From NCBI GenBank assembly GCA_000165345.1, contig CM000436.1:992001-1056000 (forward strand): a stretch of DNA of 64,000 nucleotides, read 5' to 3'. The first letter of the stretch is position 1; each line of letters starts with the position of its first letter. Of this stretch, positions 60,238-64,000 are shown piece after piece. The translations under genes were made by a program, and so were the position numbers. The notes below the pieces were generated by a model. It saw only the letters and a list, made by a program, of their open reading frames with translations. It had not been told where the DNA came from and did not search any database.

Positions 60238-62886
60238 TTAACACATATCATACATTATCTTTGTGATTGCATATCTTGACAATATCATGCTTGTTCCTAT
60301 TGGATTTGAACTTGTATGCTTGCTTAAAACTCCTTCATCTAATATAAATAAGTTTTCAGCCCCAATCAACTTAAGACAATCTGTCTCTACAACTTGCCCT
60401 ATAGCAGTTGTACCAACAAATTCATTTCCAGGTTTTACATTCTTCTTTATATATTCTCTGATTTGTTCAGGATAAGTTGGAAGTTTTGGAAGAATTAACG
60501 GTAAGGACTTCCATAAACTTGGCTCGTTATTCTTACTTCTATCTTCCCTCTCATTAATGATTGTTTCACCTTTTCTAAGACCAAAAAAATTATACCTTGA
60601 ATCAATTCTATTATTAATTGAAGCTGAAGCATCATATTTCATCAAAGTTATATCATCTTTTTCCTCATCTCTTCGTGATTTATCAAATTTATGCATAATA
60701 CTATAATATGAAGACTGCATTCCTTCATTTTGAAATCTAAATTTATCATGTATTTCCTTCAAATAATTAAATCTACCGTTATTACTTTTTGTTTGATCGT
60801 TAGATAAGTCACCTCTTTTATCAAATATCTCCAAACCTTTTCGCACATTAGCTACCTTTTCTTCCTCTTCTTCTTCTTCTTTCTGATCAATTTCTTGTCT
60901 CTCAGCTTCTAGATTATTAAAATTCATATTTGAATCATTTTCCTTTTCTTTAATATGCCCATAATTTTGATTTTGGCTTGCATAATAAAGTGATATATTG
61001 CTCAAATTACATCTCTCATGATTCATTTCTGTTCCAATTGCTCTTGAAGTACTTGTATAATTATGATTAGAATTACCAAAGTCTGCAAAATTTAAAAGTA
61101 ATTTCCTTTCCACATGGTCACCAAACAAGTTCACTCTTTTATGAGTACTATTATTTGGTACTAATAAAGTAGATATATTTATAGATCTAAATAATCTAAC
61201 GAGTCTTCTAAAGCCTGCCTCCAATATTAATAAATCATTAATATCTTCCAATAGTCCCAACCTTATTTTTGGTCTCTTGTTATTTTCATCCCATAATACC
61301 TCCCCTTCACTATATGGATTTGGAACTCGAATAGTTACACCACGAATTAGTGCTGAACATTCTTTACCGATGTTTTGTTCCGAAAAAACTTCACTAATAT
61401 TATTAGTAAAACCTTCGAATTCTGAAATACTCACAGACTCACAACCTTGTATAATATCATCCCTTTCTTCTTGTTTCTTGCATTTAGCTCCAAACTTACG
61501 CTTTGAAAAGAGTGCTTCCGAGCTAGGAATACGAACATTATCAGTACTTAATCCTCTAAAGAAACCAAATATACTTAGACTAGGATGATCTCTTAATCCT
61601 TTTCCAACATATTCATTTTCAATAATTGGATTTTTTATACCAGGACTTGAAATCTGAATATCTTCTTTACTTCCAACTCCACTTCTTTGAAGTATCATTG
61701 GAGTATTTAATGCACCAGCTGATAATATTATTTTTCCTTTTCCAGATTTGATACAGTATTTTTCAATTTTTGAATAAACTTCTTCTTTCATTCTTGAATA
61801 ATTATACCCTCCAGTTAACCTTTTTCCTTGAATACATTCCGCAAACTTGTCATTTTCTCTTTGATCTTTATCTAAACTTGAAAATATGACTTTATCCACA
61901 TGAAAATTAAGTATCTTAAATAATTTTTTATGATTAACTAATCTTGGATCAATTTTTAAAAGTCTAGTTGCACTTCTTCTTTCAAAACTTCTTCTAAATC
62001 CATAAGTTAAGAATGTATATGGAACATAATGAGAAGATGTGAAGTACTCTGGAGCACCGCTATTGAAAGATTCTAGGTTATTATCTTGATTGGTTGCCAT
62101 ATAATCTTGGTAATATTCATTTTCTACAATATCTGTTTTCCATTCCAAATTGTTATCTCGAATTCCAAATGAACTTACATATCCACTTTCTGTCATTTCA
62201 TTTTCAAATAATGAATCTTCTGGTGCTAAGTCTTCTTCATTTGTATCTCCAACGTGGAATGTTCCTGTTTCATTAAATGCTCTCTCTAAAGCTATTACCC
62301 ATGATGTTCTTACATTTGGTTGTACAATATCTCCAACACTTTTCACAAATTCAAAAGATTCTTGTAATCTTTGTGGATCAAAATTTAAACCTAATGATTT
62401 ATAATATTCTCCACTATATACATCTTCGGGAATAAATGGAGTATTGCCATAACTTGTCTTTCCTCCTTCAATACTTGAATCAAATATCATATATCCATCT
62501 TCAGATGTATATATATTAATATCGTTTTTATCAATGATGGGATTATAACTTGAATTCAATTTTTTATTATTTTCATTATTATTTTTTTTATTATCTTTAG
62601 TCTGTTTTTCATCATTCAATTCATTTTCTTTATATTCTCTTCCTTTATCCACAATCAAAATACTAATTTCGTCCCCTCTTCTGGTATATTTTTCTAGTAA
62701 GCTTCTTGCTGTTATTAGTCCATTTGCACCTGCACCAACAATTATATAATCAAATTTGATACCACTTGGTACTTGATCATTGTCATTGTAGGTTTCAATC
62801 CCATATGTATTTCTTGATTTTAAAATTATTGAAATAATTACCAACAAAATTGTCCTTTTTAATAAAAATATAACAGAAAAGGCCAT
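60238..62886 (-). CDS. Secreted GMC-family (glucose-methanol-choline) FAD-dependent oxidoreductase with large lineage-specific insertions.
   Basis: Signal-like N-terminus MAFSVIFLLKRTILLVIISIIL. FAD Rossmann motif DYIIVGAGANG. GMC C-terminal signature GTTAIGQVVETDCLKLIGAENLFILDEGVLSKHTSSNPIGTSMIL. ATG at 62886. Confidence 0.8.
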   Translation of the reverse strand: MAFSVIFLLKRTILLVIISIILKSRNTYGIETYNDNDQVPSGIKFDYIIVGAGANGLITARSLLEKYTRRGDEISILIVDKGREYKENELNDEKQTKDNKKNNNENNKKLNSSYNPIIDKNDINIYTSEDGYMIFDSSIEGGKTSYGNTPFIPEDVYSGEYYKSLGLNFDPQRLQESFEFVKSVGDIVQPNVRTSWVIALERAFNETGTFHVGDTNEEDLAPEDSLFENEMTESGYVSSFGIRDNNLEWKTDIVENEYYQDYMATNQDNNLESFNSGAPEYFTSSHYVPYTFLTYGFRRSFERRSATRLLKIDPRLVNHKKLFKILNFHVDKVIFSSLDKDQRENDKFAECIQGKRLTGGYNYSRMKEEVYSKIEKYCIKSGKGKIILSAGALNTPMILQRSGVGSKEDIQISSPGIKNPIIENEYVGKGLRDHPSLSIFGFFRGLSTDNVRIPSSEALFSKRKFGAKCKKQEERDDIIQGCESVSISEFEGFTNNISEVFSEQNIGKECSALIRGVTIRVPNPYSEGEVLWDENNKRPKIRLGLLEDINDLLILEAGFRRLVRLFRSINISTLLVPNNSTHKRVNLFGDHVERKLLLNFADFGNSNHNYTSTSRAIGTEMNHERCNLSNISLYYASQNQNYGHIKEKENDSNMNFNNLEAERQEIDQKEEEEEEEKVANVRKGLEIFDKRGDLSNDQTKSNNGRFNYLKEIHDKFRFQNEGMQSSYYSIMHKFDKSRRDEEKDDITLMKYDASASINNRIDSRYNFFGLRKGETIINEREDRSKNNEPSLWKSLPLILPKLPTYPEQIREYIKKNVKPGNEFVGTTAIGQVVETDCLKLIGAENLFILDEGVLSKHTSSNPIGTSMILSRYAITKIMYDMC

Positions 62887-63376
62887 ATCTATTTATTTAA
62901 ATATATTAATATATATATTTATATATATTATATATTACTACAGATATCTTGTTTGCTACTTTATTTCCTCTCCTTTTTTTCCATTATATTTACTTAATTT
63001 CCTGACAAATTTGTTTTTCCTCGTTCCCTCATACTTTAATTAATTTAATGCAATTGACACGTAATGATTGCATGCGCATGCAAATTTGCAAGTTGATTTT
63101 TTTCTTTTCATGTGGACAATTTTTTGCATGTGCGAGGATTACATTAGTAAATTTATTATAATTAAAGGCTAAATCTGACTTTTAAGTGTTTTTTTTAAAT
63201 TTCCCTCTAAATTTAAATATTGGAATAATTTAAGAAAAATATTAGTTATTATTATTATTGGTATAAATAACTAATTATTAATTATAATAAGTTGATTATA
63301 TAAAAAAGATTGTCATAATGTCAATTTTACTATTATTAGTACCAAATAGTTTTGTGCCCCACTGTGGAACTCACAA

Positions 63377-63408
63377 CCCGCCATAGATTTGGCGGTAAGC
63401 ACCGTCTC
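63377..63408. promoter_or_regulatory. Inverted E2F-like pair CCCGCCATAGATTTGGCGG plus CCGTCTC, about 125 bp upstream of SF3b3.
   Basis: Same architecture as the 12755 site. An AP2-type TGCATGCGCATGCA box lies at 63069-63086 in the same divergent region. Confidence 0.55.
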
Positions 63409-63523
63409 AATAAAAAAGTCTTGAATTAAGTAACAAGGGCAAAATTGACAAAGTAAATTGCATCATTGGGTATTTGGACAACAAGACTAAAAGTGTATTT
63501 CAGAGGTCTTATGGAAAGTCAAG

Positions 63524-64000
63524 ATGCCTCACTTTTACTCTTTAACTCTGGAGTCCCACGGGTCCATCTTGTCAGCAATCCAGGGGAGTTATAGTGCAGC
63601 AAAGGCCCATGAAATAGTTGTGAACAGAGGCAGAAGTCTTGAATTGTTGAGATTGGATGTGAATGCAGCCCAAATTCAGAGTATTTGTTTGATGGATACT
63701 TTCTCTTTGGTTAGAAGTATTAGCAATTTGAGATTGATTGGATCAGGCAAAGATCTAATAGTTGTAACAAGCGACAGTGGAAATATTGTAATTTTGGATT
63801 TTAACAAAGACAAAAACCAATTTGAAAGGATCCACTCTGAGCCATATGGCAAATCAGGATGTAGAAGAATTGTTCCAGGTCATTATCTTGCTGTTGATCC
63901 AATGGGCAGAAGTATAATGATTGCTGCAATTGAACGACAGAAGCTTGTTTATACTTTAACACGTAAAAATAAGGATGCAGATATTCTAGATATCTCATCT
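63524..64000 (+). CDS. SF3B3: Splicing factor 3B subunit 3 (SF3b130/Rse1), N-terminal 159 codons. It runs off the window end and is not in the ORF track.
   Basis: [42 protein letters not shown]... and ...[71 protein letters not shown] align almost residue-for-residue with the human SF3B3 N-terminus (MFLYNLTLQ..QEIVVSRGK..GSDSGRIVILEY...[40 protein letters not shown]). Confidence 0.85.
   Translation, partial: [159 protein letters not shown]

Noticed and set aside
63801-63998. Minus-strand ORF 63801..63998 (65 aa).
   Set aside because: It overlaps the strongly conserved SF3b3 coding sequence on the plus strand, so it is spurious.

Overview
This window is an AT-rich (~70% AT), very gene-dense eukaryotic nuclear segment, not prokaryotic. 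It has long single-exon ORFs with standard stop codons, poly-Asn/Ser/Glu low-complexity coding tracts, a few short GTAAGT...YAG introns, TGCATGCA (AP2-type) elements, and a recurring palindromic GGCGCC/GGCGGG E2F-like element upstream of genes. This combination is characteristic of a Cryptosporidium-like apicomplexan chromosome; that assignment is inference from composition and motifs, with no database search done.

I can support about 25 protein-coding genes, none of them RNA genes. Recognisable products are:
- histidyl-tRNA synthetase, AP-complex sigma subunit, ribosomal protein S29 (a 56-aa gene missed by the ORF track) and proteasome Rpn3
- a Timeless/Tof1-like protein, a WDR70-like WD40 protein and ALG13 (split by three introns)
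- DEAH helicase Prp43/DHX15, Sec13 with an unusual proline-rich tail and a centrin-like EF-hand protein
- a secreted patatin-like lipase, an eIF4B/4H-like RRM protein and a MAD1-like checkpoint protein
- an HMG-box protein, a secreted GMC oxidoreductase and the 5' end of SF3b3/Rse1

Several lineage-specific giant or low-complexity proteins are also present: a multi-cNMP-binding-domain protein, a filamin-repeat protein and a decapeptide-repeat protein.

The ORF track often opens ORFs at TTG/GTG. I re-anchored starts to the first ATG and found two probable 5' micro-exons (filamin-like gene and a two-pass membrane protein).

Ambiguous bases (N) cluster at 31430-31686 and 50547-52260. They coincide with apparent frameshifts and gaps, so models there are provisional.

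The main non-genic signal is a family of E2F-like GC palindromes (e.g. GGCGCCAAAATTTTGGCGCC) 100-500 bp upstream of almost every gene, often next to GGTACC or CCGTCTC/GAGACGC. A cluster of these plus TGCATGCA elements sits in an intergenic region between two convergent genes, which may mark an unannotated transcript. A 22-bp AAGCCTATAAGATA(T)AAATTTA element is also repeated in two 3' regions.
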